The position numbers were made by a program, and so were the translations under genes. A stretch of DNA of 64,000 nt from Phycisphaerae bacterium (GTDB taxonomy: Bacteria > Planctomycetota > Phycisphaerae > UBA1845 > Fen-1342), in NCBI GenBank assembly GCA_030612705.1, contig JAUWNI010000004.1, positions 4,703-68,702 of the forward strand, written 5' to 3'. How positions within the stretch are numbered: position 1 is the stretch's first letter; the number at the start of each line of letters is the position of its first letter. This document shows, one piece after another, positions 9,409 to 17,599 of the stretch. A model generated the notes under the pieces. The model made no database searches and was not told the origin of the DNA. It worked only from the letters and a program-made list of their open reading frames with translations.

Positions 9409-11077
9409 AACACTGGGCCGCGGCCTGCTCGGGCGCCTGCTCAATGCTTTCGAAAACCAGTTGCCGAACTCGCCCGACGACGAGGTGGAGGTGCTTGCGC
9501 GCCGTCAGCGAGACGCCTGCACGTCGTTTGACCTGACGATGCGGCTGGGCTCGGCGTATCTGCGCGAGGCGCGGCTGAGCGATGCCCGGAAGACGTTTGA
9601 AGCGGCGATGCACCTGGACGGCCCGGCGCACGTGCCGGCACTCGGGTTGGCGTGCGTTTGTGACGAACTCGGCCGGATCGATCGCGCGTTGCACTATCTG
9701 GGGCAGGCATACGAAAACGATCCGCGCGATCCGTCCATCGCGTTCGGCATGGGATTATGTCACGAGCAGCAGGGGGATCTGATTGACGCCGTCGAGTCGT
9801 ACGGCCGCGCGATCGAGCTTTGTCCACACCTGCGTAACGCCTACGAACGGCTGGGGGCGATCGCGGTGCGGCGCGGCGACTGGGGTGGGGCGCGGGAATG
9901 CTATCGGCAACTGGCCGAGTTGGAGCCCGGCGATCTGAACGTGCTGTTGCCTCTGGCAAACTTGCAGCTTCAGGAGGGCTGTCCCGAAGAAGCGGCCGAG
10001 ACGTTTCAGCGGGCGCTCCTGATCGAGCCGGAAGCGGCCGACGAGACGCTCGACGCGGCGGCGGAGTTCGAGGATGAGGGGCGTTTGTCACAGGCGATTG
10101 GCACGCTGGAGAAGCTGGTCGAGAAGTATCCGGGCGTGACCGAATTCCGCGTGCACCTAGCCGACCTGTACGTCAAGGCGGGCGACGACGACGAGGCGGT
10201 GACGCAGTATCACGCCGCCCTGGAACTGCACCCGACGTTTCTCGAAGCGACCGTGAAACTTGGCACGCAACATCTGCGGCGGCAGCGCTACGACGCCGCC
10301 GCCCAGGCGTTCAACCGCGCGGTGGAGCTGAACGACCGGTTATTGACGGCGTTCGTGGGGCTGGGGGTCGCGCAGCATGATGCGGGACATAAGCAGGATG
10401 CATATGCCACGTTCGATCTGGCGGCCAGTCTGGCGCCGAACAGCACGCTGCTGTTTTCGGAGACGAATCGGCTGCATTTGAAATCGCTGCGTCAGCGCGG
10501 TCACGGGGACCTGATGTACTATGACCAGCCGCTGGAGGAACCCGGGCACGACGAATTGCTGGTGGAGGCGATCCGCCGGCATCAACAGGTCCTGGCGACT
10601 CATCGCTGTCGGGCCGACCTGCACTACCGTCACGGGATGCTGCTGCGGCAGGTCGGAGATTTTGAGGCGGCGACGCAGGCGTTTCAGGAAGCCATTGCGA
10701 TCAATCCGTCGTATTCCAAGGCATTGATCAAGCTGGGGATCACGTGGAAGGAGCTGGGCCAGACCGAAGAGGCGCTCGATGTTTTCGGCCGAGCGCTGCG
10801 GCTCGACGAAAGCCACGTGAACCTGCATTACCAGTTGGGGTTGCTGTACGCCCAATACAACCAGTTTGATCTGGCGGTCGAGCGGTTCGAGACCTCGCTG
10901 TCCGGGCAGGCCGGCGCGATCGAGTTTCGTCACAACCTGGCCTTGGCGTTGCAGAATATCGGCATGGTGGACCGCGCCGACGCCACCTGGCATTCGATCT
11001 GCGAGCTGTCGTATAGCAACAACGCGGGGCCGGGTGGTAACCGGATCCAGGCGATCCACGACCCGCGGCCCGAATAA
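9392..11077 (+). CDS. Tetratricopeptide (TPR) repeat protein, 561 aa
   Basis: It carries many consecutive 34-aa units, for example GDLIDAVESYGRAIELCPHLRNAYERLG and GQTEEALDVFGRALRLDESHVNLHYQLG. The start is chosen at the ATG at 9392, preceded by CAGGAGAGGAA; the tracked ORF begins at 9305. Confidence 0.8.
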   Translation: MSYLLETLGRGLLGRLLNAFENQLPNSPDDEVEVLARRQRDACTSFDLTMRLGSAYLREARLSDARKTFEAAMHLDGPAHVPALGLACVCDELGRIDRALHYLGQAYENDPRDPSIAFGMGLCHEQQGDLIDAVESYGRAIELCPHLRNAYERLGAIAVRRGDWGGARECYRQLAELEPGDLNVLLPLANLQLQEGCPEEAAETFQRALLIEPEAADETLDAAAEFEDEGRLSQAIGTLEKLVEKYPGVTEFRVHLADLYVKAGDDDEAVTQYHAALELHPTFLEATVKLGTQHLRRQRYDAAAQAFNRAVELNDRLLTAFVGLGVAQHDAGHKQDAYATFDLAASLAPNSTLLFSETNRLHLKSLRQRGHGDLMYYDQPLEEPGHDELLVEAIRRHQQVLATHRCRADLHYRHGMLLRQVGDFEAATQAFQEAIAINPSYSKALIKLGITWKELGQTEEALDVFGRALRLDESHVNLHYQLGLLYAQYNQFDLAVERFETSLSGQAGAIEFRHNLALALQNIGMVDRADATWHSICELSYSNNAGPGGNRIQAIHDPRPE

Positions 11078-11279
11078 TCCGCACCGATCGACGGGATGCA
11101 CACCACGGCGGCTTCCCGCATCGGCAGGTCTTGCCTCGAACGTGCAGAACTTGCGTCCTCGTTGCAGCTTACCTCCGGCCGGGGTTAAAAACCTCGGCCG
11201 GTCTGCTTGTTGCTAATTCCACTAATGTCGTTGACTTAGAGCTTGTCGCGCGGCGAGTGCGAGCAACGATCTCCCGCTC

Positions 11280-11295
11280 TGGCACGTGATCTGCA
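11280..11295 (+). promoter_or_regulatory. Sigma-54-like -24/-12 element (TGGCAC-N5-CTGCA)
   Basis: The sequence tggcac gtgat ctgca compares with the consensus TGGCAC-N5-TTGCA/T. It lies about 340 nt upstream of flgF. It is a single-motif match only. Confidence 0.25.
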
Positions 11296-11632
11296 AAGCA
11301 ACCGCTACACGTCCGCCGCGTAAACCCGCGCGGGCGGACGGAGTATCGGGTCTGAGCGCGCGCCGCTGTGCGCGGCGTCCGTTCGGGCGTGTTGGTCGAA
11401 CCGGTTTGGGACGAGTACGGAGTCGCGGCGTGCGACAAGACAAACGAGATCGCGTCAAGAAAGTCGTAACACCAGGCACAACCATTGACGCGGACGAATC
11501 GCCGGCCGACTGGCGTGAGTTGGGACGGCACGTGCTCAACGAGGCGATGCGGCGAACGGCACGCGATTTGCGGCGACGAAACGGCTGCACAGTGCGGTCT
11601 TACGAATTCCGCCGAAATTCGGGGGGGCCATC

Positions 11633-12385
11633 GTGATCTACGGGCTGTACCAATCCGCGGCTGGGATGATGGTCAACGAGTACCGGCAGGACATTCTGGC
11701 AAACAACCTGGCGAACGCGGAGACGGTCGGCTTCAAGCGTGAGATCGCCAGCTTCGCGGAGCGGCTGCAAGCGAGCGGAGCCGGCCAGCGCGACGGGCCC
11801 AGCAACGATCTGATGGAGGCGCTCTCGGGCGGCATCTGGCTCGCGCGGACCGACACCGACTTCAGCGAAGGGGCGTTTATCCAGTCGGACAACCCGCTCG
11901 ACGTCGCGATCACCGGGCCGGGCTTTCTGCGGGTCAACGCCGGCGGCCGGGAGTATCTCACACGCGACGGACGGATGATGATGGACCCCAACGGCCGGCT
12001 GGTGTCGGCTACCGACGGTGCGTCGATTCTGGGTCAGGCCGGTCAGCCGATCCGTCTGAACCCGCGCGGTGGCGAAATCTCGATCGACGAGGCCGGGCGG
12101 ATCAAGCAGGGCAACCTGACGGTCGCTCGGCTGGGTTTGGTGGACGTCGACAACTATGAAGTATTGCGCAAGGCGGGGGCGGGACGCTTCGACGCCAATG
12201 GCGCCACGCTGACGCGCTCGTCGGCGAAGTTGATTCCCAAGTTTCTGGAAAGCTCGGGCGTCGAGCCCATCAAGGAACTGGTCACGATGATCGAGGCCGC
12301 GCGCGCCTACCAGCTCAACGCGCAGATGGTCACGCTACAGGACCAGTCAGCCGGCCGCCTGATCAACGCCGTGGCCAGTCCGTAG
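11633..12385 (+). CDS. flgF: Flagellar basal-body rod protein FlgF
   Basis: The N-terminus reads MIYGLYQSAAGMMVNEYRQDILANNLANAETVGFKRE and the C-terminus reads EPIKELVTMIEAARAYQLNAQMV, both rod-protein family motifs. GTG start. The gene is placed just before flgG. Confidence 0.85.
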   Translation: MIYGLYQSAAGMMVNEYRQDILANNLANAETVGFKREIASFAERLQASGAGQRDGPSNDLMEALSGGIWLARTDTDFSEGAFIQSDNPLDVAITGPGFLRVNAGGREYLTRDGRMMMDPNGRLVSATDGASILGQAGQPIRLNPRGGEISIDEAGRIKQGNLTVARLGLVDVDNYEVLRKAGAGRFDANGATLTRSSAKLIPKFLESSGVEPIKELVTMIEAARAYQLNAQMVTLQDQSAGRLINAVASP

Positions 12386-12695
12386 GAGGCTGTAGTCAGT
12401 CGGCTCATAGATGGCTGTAGTCAGTCGGCCCAGAGTTGGCTGTGGTTAGTTGGCTTGGAGTTGGATGTGGTTAGTTGGTTCGGAGTTGGATGTAGCCAGT
12501 TCATGGGAAAAACTGAAATCTGCGATCTGAGATTTGAAATTAGAGATTTGAGATTTGAAATCAGCAATTTGGAATCTGAAATCAGCAATTTGGAATCTGC
12601 GATCTGGAATTAAGAACCGGCAATATGAAATTTGGAATCTGAATCCTGAACCCTGAACCCTGAGATCTGAACCCTGAACCCTGAACCCTAAACAA
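12386..12695. repeat. Mosaic of short tandem repeats filling the flgF-flgG spacer
   Basis: ggctgtagtcagtcggc occurs twice. gttgg(c/a)tgtggttagttgg-like units occur three times. aatcagcaatttggaatctga occurs twice, and gatttgaaat variants are present. (ctgaacc)n heptamers run up to the flgG ribosome-binding site. Confidence 0.9.
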
Positions 12696-12706
12696 GGACG
12701 CACAAC

Positions 12707-13504
12707 ATGGCCATCACGGCCCTTCATACCGCCGCCACGGGCATGCAGGCCCTCTCCACCAAGATCGACGTGATCGCGAACAACATCGCGAACGCCGAGA
12801 CGGTGGGCTTCAAGTCCTCGCGGGTGAACTTCCAGGACCTGCTCTACCAGATCCGGGCCCAGCCGGGCGTGCAGACCAGCACCGAGACGGCGGCGCCGCT
12901 GGGGACGCAGATCGGCCTGGGCGTGCTGGTGAGCAACACGCAACTCAACTTCAAGCAGGGGTCGGCGATTCAGGGCAACAACCTCGACGCCATGATCCAG
13001 GGTGACGGGTTCTTCCAGGTGGAGTTGCCGAACGGAGGGGTGGCGTACACGCGGGCGGGTAACTTTGTGCGTAACGCGAACGGCGAGTTGGTGCTGGGCA
13101 ACAGCATGGGTTATCGCCTGCGGGACACGCCGACGATTCCCGAGAACGTTCCGAGCGACAAGATTTCGATCGGGAGCAATGGGGAGATCAGCGGGCTCGA
13201 CGAGAACGGGCAGATCCAGACCTTCGGCCAACTCCAACTGGCCTGGTTTCCAAATCCGGGCGGGTTGATTCAGTACGGCTCGAACGTCTACGCCGAGACC
13301 GACGCCTCCGGGACTCCCAGTGAGGGCAATCCGGGAGAGGACGGTCTGGGCACGATCATCCCCGGCCATCTCGAACAGAGCACGACCGAAGCGGTGACCG
13401 AGCTGGTCGAGCTGATCAAAACCCAGCGGGTCTTCCAGATGAACTCGCAGTCGATCCAGACCGCCGACCAGGCGCTACAGGTCGTGGCGAACCTGCGGCG
13501 GTAA
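12707..13504 (+). CDS. flgG: Flagellar basal-body rod protein FlgG
   Basis: The N-terminus reads MAITALHTAATGMQALSTKIDVIANNIANAETVGFKSSRVNFQDLLYQ. The C-terminus reads LEQSTTEAVTELVELIKTQRVFQMNSQSIQTADQ. Confidence 0.93.
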   Translation: MAITALHTAATGMQALSTKIDVIANNIANAETVGFKSSRVNFQDLLYQIRAQPGVQTSTETAAPLGTQIGLGVLVSNTQLNFKQGSAIQGNNLDAMIQGDGFFQVELPNGGVAYTRAGNFVRNANGELVLGNSMGYRLRDTPTIPENVPSDKISIGSNGEISGLDENGQIQTFGQLQLAWFPNPGGLIQYGSNVYAETDASGTPSEGNPGEDGLGTIIPGHLEQSTTEAVTELVELIKTQRVFQMNSQSIQTADQALQVVANLRR

Positions 13505-13540
13505 CGCGGACGGTGAATGGCGCGCCCTGGAGGTAAGCGC

Positions 13541-14605
13541 ATGAGACTACTTTTGCGAATCAGTCTTTTCTCGGTGGCCTTGGCGGGCAGCGCCGCCGCC
13601 GACCTGATCGAAAAGGACGTGAGTCGGCTGAAGTTGCGACCACAGGCGTACGTGCGTGGCGACGTGGTGACGTTGTCCGACGTCCTGAACTTTACGCGGG
13701 CCGATCCGCGATTGTCGGCCGAGATCGGCGACGAGCCGGTGGCGGCGGAACTGATTGCGCCGACCGAGACGGAAATCACACACGACCAGGTTGTGCGTCG
13801 GCTGGAGGAGCTGGGCGTAAACCTGTCGCGAATATTGGTCAGCGGCGCGTTGTCGTGCCATGTGACGCTGGAGCCGGCGCAGGCTGAAATGTTGCCGGGA
13901 GAAGCCGCGGACGAGGCACCGCTGATACGCGCGCGGTCGTACGAAGCCGGTGCGACGACGCTGGCGGACGTGCTGCGGGCGCGGATCGAAGACGAATTGG
14001 CCTCGGCCGGCGGAACGGTCGAGATCGAGTTCGAGCGAGCCGGACAGGAGTTTCTCGAACTGACCACGCCGCCGTTTGACTTTTCGATCCGAGGTGATCG
14101 CGGGCGCAAGCTGGGTCTGCGGGAGTTCAACATCACGCTGCGCCGCGACGGGCGCGTGCAGCGGACGGTGCGGATCGGGGCGCGGGCCAAGCTGGTCAAG
14201 CAGGTGCTGGTCGCGGCCAAGCCGTTGAACATCGGCGCGTACGTCAGGCGCGAGAGCCTGGATTACGCGACGCGGATTTTCACCAGCGGGCACGACCTGG
14301 GCATCAACTATCCCGAGCAGATCATCGGGCAGCGGGTTAAAAAATTTGTGCCGGTCGGGCAGATGATCCACGTCGACGATCTCAAGGTGGTCGATCTGGT
14401 GCGGCGTTCGCAGCCGGTGACGGTGGTCGGCAGCGTGTCGGGCGGGGATAGCGTCAGCATTCGAATCACGGGCGACGCACTCGACTCGGGCGGGTACGGC
14501 GACACGATTCGCGTCCGCCTGGGCGACTCGCGCGAGAACTACCGCGAGGTGCGCGGGGTGGTCAGCGGCGTCGGCACGGTGCGTCTGGCAGACGGTGGAT
14601 TGTGA
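13541..14605 (+). CDS. flgA: Flagellar basal-body P-ring formation chaperone FlgA (long form, 354 aa)
   Basis: A signal-like MRLLLRISLFSVALAGSAAA opens the protein. The C-terminal SAF/FlgA region reads GQRVKKFVPVGQMIHVDDLKVVDLVRRSQPVTVV...GDTIRVRL. GGAGG precedes the ATG at 13541; the tracked ORF begins at 13517. Confidence 0.8.
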   Translation: MRLLLRISLFSVALAGSAAADLIEKDVSRLKLRPQAYVRGDVVTLSDVLNFTRADPRLSAEIGDEPVAAELIAPTETEITHDQVVRRLEELGVNLSRILVSGALSCHVTLEPAQAEMLPGEAADEAPLIRARSYEAGATTLADVLRARIEDELASAGGTVEIEFERAGQEFLELTTPPFDFSIRGDRGRKLGLREFNITLRRDGRVQRTVRIGARAKLVKQVLVAAKPLNIGAYVRRESLDYATRIFTSGHDLGINYPEQIIGQRVKKFVPVGQMIHVDDLKVVDLVRRSQPVTVVGSVSGGDSVSIRITGDALDSGGYGDTIRVRLGDSRENYREVRGVVSGVGTVRLADGGL

Positions 14606-15408
14606 GGCTTACGCGGATGAACGGGAGTACCGCGATGCGGCGTAATCTAACTTGGGCACGTGTTCTGCTGATTGTCGGAGCTTTTTGCGCGACCGCGGAC
14701 GCTCAGAGCAATTCGCTTTTCCACCTTACCGGCAACCAGGCAGCACCGACGACGCAGCCGGCTTTGGGTGCGCGGGAGGTTTTACTCCCGGCGCCGCCGA
14801 TGCTGGTGTATCCGCGGCTCGGGCAGGACGACGACACACCGCCGCCGAACGAGGTGTTGCTGGCGACGGCGTTGATCGCGGTGGAAGCACCAAAGCCGCG
14901 CAAGATCAAGGTACACGACCGAATCACGATCATCATTCGCGAAGAGAAGCGCTCGACGTCCGACTCTGATCTGAAGCGCGAGAAGAAATGGGAGATCGAG
15001 GCGGAGCTCAAGGAGTGGATCCGCCTCAATGAGGCGCACAAGCTCATCCCGCAGGTCTTTCCGGCGGGGAATCCCGCAATCGACCTCAAGTACGACGACA
15101 AGTACGAGGGCAAGGGCCAGGTCGGCCGCAAGGACACGCTGGTCACCCGCGTCACCGCGACCGTGATCGACGTCAAGCCGAACGGCGATCTGGTGCTCGA
15201 AGCGAAGAAGGACATCAAGGTCGATGAGGATCGGCAGGTTATCAAGCTGACCGGCATCTGCCGTAGTGATGATGTGACGGTACAGAACACCGTGCTGAGC
15301 ACGCAACTGGCGGATGCGAAGATCGACATCCAGCACAGCGGACCGACCCGCGACGCGACTCGTCGGGGTTGGCTGGCGCGAATCTGGGATTTCATTCGGC
15401 CGCTGTAG
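14602..15408 (+). CDS. flgH: Flagellar L-ring protein FlgH
   Basis: VHDRITIIIREEKRSTSDS...VTATVIDVKPNGDLVLEAKKDIKVDEDRQVIKLTGICRSDDVTVQNTVLSTQLADAKI is the FlgH core. The GTG at 14602 overlaps the flgA stop. ATG alternatives exist at 14617 and 14635. Confidence 0.88.
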   Translation: MRLTRMNGSTAMRRNLTWARVLLIVGAFCATADAQSNSLFHLTGNQAAPTTQPALGAREVLLPAPPMLVYPRLGQDDDTPPPNEVLLATALIAVEAPKPRKIKVHDRITIIIREEKRSTSDSDLKREKKWEIEAELKEWIRLNEAHKLIPQVFPAGNPAIDLKYDDKYEGKGQVGRKDTLVTRVTATVIDVKPNGDLVLEAKKDIKVDEDRQVIKLTGICRSDDVTVQNTVLSTQLADAKIDIQHSGPTRDATRRGWLARIWDFIRPL

Positions 15409-15459
15409 CCGTGAAGGAACGCACGCGAGTGCCGTTGTAAAGCAAGGAAGCGTGAATTC

Positions 15460-16587
15460 ATGAGCACGACGGGCTTAGGCCGCAAACGCATGCACTGGAC
15501 ACTGGCGATCGTTGTTTTGGCAACGGCCGCCGGGGCGGTGGCCGAAGTTCGCGTGCAGGACATCGCTCGGCTGCAAGGGCAGCGCACCAACAAGCTGATG
15601 GGCTACGGCCTGGTGGTCGGGCTCAACGGGACCGGCGACGGGGGAAAGAACGAGCACACCATGCGGGCGCTGATGGCGATCCATCGCAAGTTCCATCAGC
15701 CGGTGCTCAGCGCGGATGAGCTGAAGAACGCCAACAACGTCGCGCTGGTGGTGGTCGAGGCGACGATCCCCGAGTTCGGGGCGCGCGAGGGGCAGACGAT
15801 CGACGTGGCGGTGTCGGCCTTCTCGGCCAAAAGCATCAAAGGCGGGCGATTGCTGACGACGCCGCTGCAATTCACGGCGTTTGATGAAAACGATCCGGCG
15901 ACGCAGCAGATTCTGGGTTTTGCGGGGGGGTGGGTGGACCTCCCGGATTTGAGTGTGCTGACGCGGGGGATCATTCGCGGCGGTTGCACGCTCGAGGCGG
16001 ACTTCTTCTACAACTTCATTCTCGACGGGTACGTCACGCTGGTGCTCGACGAGGAGCACGCCGGGTTCCAATGGGCCCAGCTTGTCGCGCGGGCAATCAA
16101 CCACGAGTTGATCAACCCGACAGAGATCAGAGCCCAGGCTCGCAAAGCGAAGGAGGCGGGGCGCGTGGTGGTCGCGCCAAGTGTCGCGGACGCGCTCGGG
16201 CCGAAGAATATTCGGGTGCGCATCCCGCCTTACGAGTTGGCCAAGCCGGCGGGGTTCATCAGTCGGGTGTTGCAAACGCACGTTTTTATGACGCCCAAGC
16301 AGCCGGCGCGGGTCTGCATCAACCGCACAACCGGGCACGTTTCGTTCACCGGGGCGGTGACGATCTCGCCGACGATATTGCAACTGCCCGGACTGGGGAC
16401 GCTGGCGGTGGGCAGCGCTCCGGCCAAGTCGCGCGGCGGCGCGGCGCAGGGCGGCGGCGGGGTCGAGTTTCAGGAACTGTTGAACACGTTGAGCAAGTTG
16501 CAGCTTCAGCCGGCGCAGATGGTGGAGACTATCGAGCACCTGCATCGGACCGGCACGCTGCACGCGCAATTGATATACATGGAGTAA
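15460..16587 (+). CDS. flgI: Flagellar P-ring protein FlgI
   Basis: VRVQDIARLQGQRTNKLMGYGLVVGLNGTGDG, VATIPEFGAREGQTIDVAVS and GGRLLTTPL are FlgI motifs. Confidence 0.93.
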   Translation: MSTTGLGRKRMHWTLAIVVLATAAGAVAEVRVQDIARLQGQRTNKLMGYGLVVGLNGTGDGGKNEHTMRALMAIHRKFHQPVLSADELKNANNVALVVVEATIPEFGAREGQTIDVAVSAFSAKSIKGGRLLTTPLQFTAFDENDPATQQILGFAGGWVDLPDLSVLTRGIIRGGCTLEADFFYNFILDGYVTLVLDEEHAGFQWAQLVARAINHELINPTEIRAQARKAKEAGRVVVAPSVADALGPKNIRVRIPPYELAKPAGFISRVLQTHVFMTPKQPARVCINRTTGHVSFTGAVTISPTILQLPGLGTLAVGSAPAKSRGGAAQGGGGVEFQELLNTLSKLQLQPAQMVETIEHLHRTGTLHAQLIYME

Positions 16588-16595
16588 AACGGCGC

Positions 16596-17009
16596 ATGGA
16601 AGTCATGCGGGTTCAAAGTTCGACGCAGTCTTACGACGCCGGCGCGACGGCGCGCAAGCTAGACGTGTGGCGCGCCCTGGGGCGCAAAATCGACCCCCGC
16701 GATCCAGGTTTGGCCCACGAAGCGGCCAGCCTGCTGACGTCGCAGCTCTTCTTCGCACCGATGCTGGCGGAGATGCGCAAGCTGCCGTTCGGCCGGGAAT
16801 TCGGTCACGGCGGGCGTATGGAGGAGGCGTTGGGGGAGCAGTTGGACATGCGGATCGCCGACACCGTGGCCCGTAGCGACCGGGGTCTGACGGCCCAGTT
16901 GGCGGAGAAGCTTATCCGGAAGCAGTCGTCGGTGGATCCGGTGTCGCTCCAGGCTTCGTGGCCGGCGGAAATGCAGGCCCGCGCCGCCGGCACGGGGGGT
17001 GAGATATGA
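16596..17009 (+). CDS. Rod-binding protein (FlgJ N-terminal-domain-like, no muramidase domain)
   Basis: This is the last 137 codons of tracked ORF 15930..17009, starting at the ATG 9 nt after the flgI stop. AASLLTSQLFFAPMLAEMRKLPFG fits the rod-binding (FlgJ N-terminal) motif. Its position between flgI and flgK is also consistent. Confidence 0.6.
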   Translation: MEVMRVQSSTQSYDAGATARKLDVWRALGRKIDPRDPGLAHEAASLLTSQLFFAPMLAEMRKLPFGREFGHGGRMEEALGEQLDMRIADTVARSDRGLTAQLAEKLIRKQSSVDPVSLQASWPAEMQARAAGTGGEI

Positions 17010-17596
17010 ATCGCACGGTCGGAAAGTCGGAAATGAGCGGTGAAGCGATGCAGACACAAACCGTGACCAATCCAGCCGACGGGCGGCAGCAAGACCCCGG
17101 CGTTCAGATCGAGGAATTGCTGGAGACGGTGTCGTTGCTGCACGAGCTGCTCAAGCGGCTGCTCGAACTCGCACGGGCCAAGCTGGCGGCGATGCGCGCC
17201 GCCGACGCCGAGACGTTGCACCAATGCGCCGCGGAGGAGTGCGACGTGCTGGAAGCGTTGTTTAAACGTGAGAAGCAGCGGGACGCAGTCCTTGCGCGCC
17301 TGGCGCAAAGCCTGCATTGGAGCGGTGACGAGCGGGCGCGTCTTTCGGAAATCGCGGAAAGATTGCCCGAGCCGTTTTCCTCGCGTTTGCGGGCGAAAAC
17401 GGCGGGTTTGCGGAAAACGGCGGATGAATTGCAGCGGAAAAACCGCCTGGCGGCGGATGTGGCACGGCACCTGCACAAGCACATTCGAGCAGTCTTTGAA
17501 GATGTTGCGCGAGTGAATCAGGAGTCGGTCGTGTACGGACCAAACGGCAAGCACGAACAACGAACCCGGAAAACCTGGGTGGATGCGGTAGGATAA
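17006..17596 (+). CDS. flgN: FlgN-like flagellar export chaperone
   Basis: The helical region IEELLETVSLLHELLKRLLELARAKLAAMRAADAETLHQCAAEECDVLEALFKRE fits the FlgN family pattern. It lies immediately upstream of flgK/flgL, its expected clients. Confidence 0.5.
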   Translation: MNRTVGKSEMSGEAMQTQTVTNPADGRQQDPGVQIEELLETVSLLHELLKRLLELARAKLAAMRAADAETLHQCAAEECDVLEALFKREKQRDAVLARLAQSLHWSGDERARLSEIAERLPEPFSSRLRAKTAGLRKTADELQRKNRLAADVARHLHKHIRAVFEDVARVNQESVVYGPNGKHEQRTRKTWVDAVG

Positions 17597-17599
17597 ATT

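Noticed and set aside
12386-12695. Whether the flgF-flgG repeat block is a CRISPR array.
   Set aside because: The units are short (7-21 nt) and directly tandem, and they belong to several unrelated families. There are no unique spacers of constant length, and no cas genes in the window.
15930-16595. The first 222 codons of tracked ORF 15930..17009 (+).
   Set aside because: This part overlaps flgI in another frame and reads as Arg/Gly/Ala shadow sequence. Only the part after the flgI stop (from the ATG at 16596) resembles a rod-binding protein.
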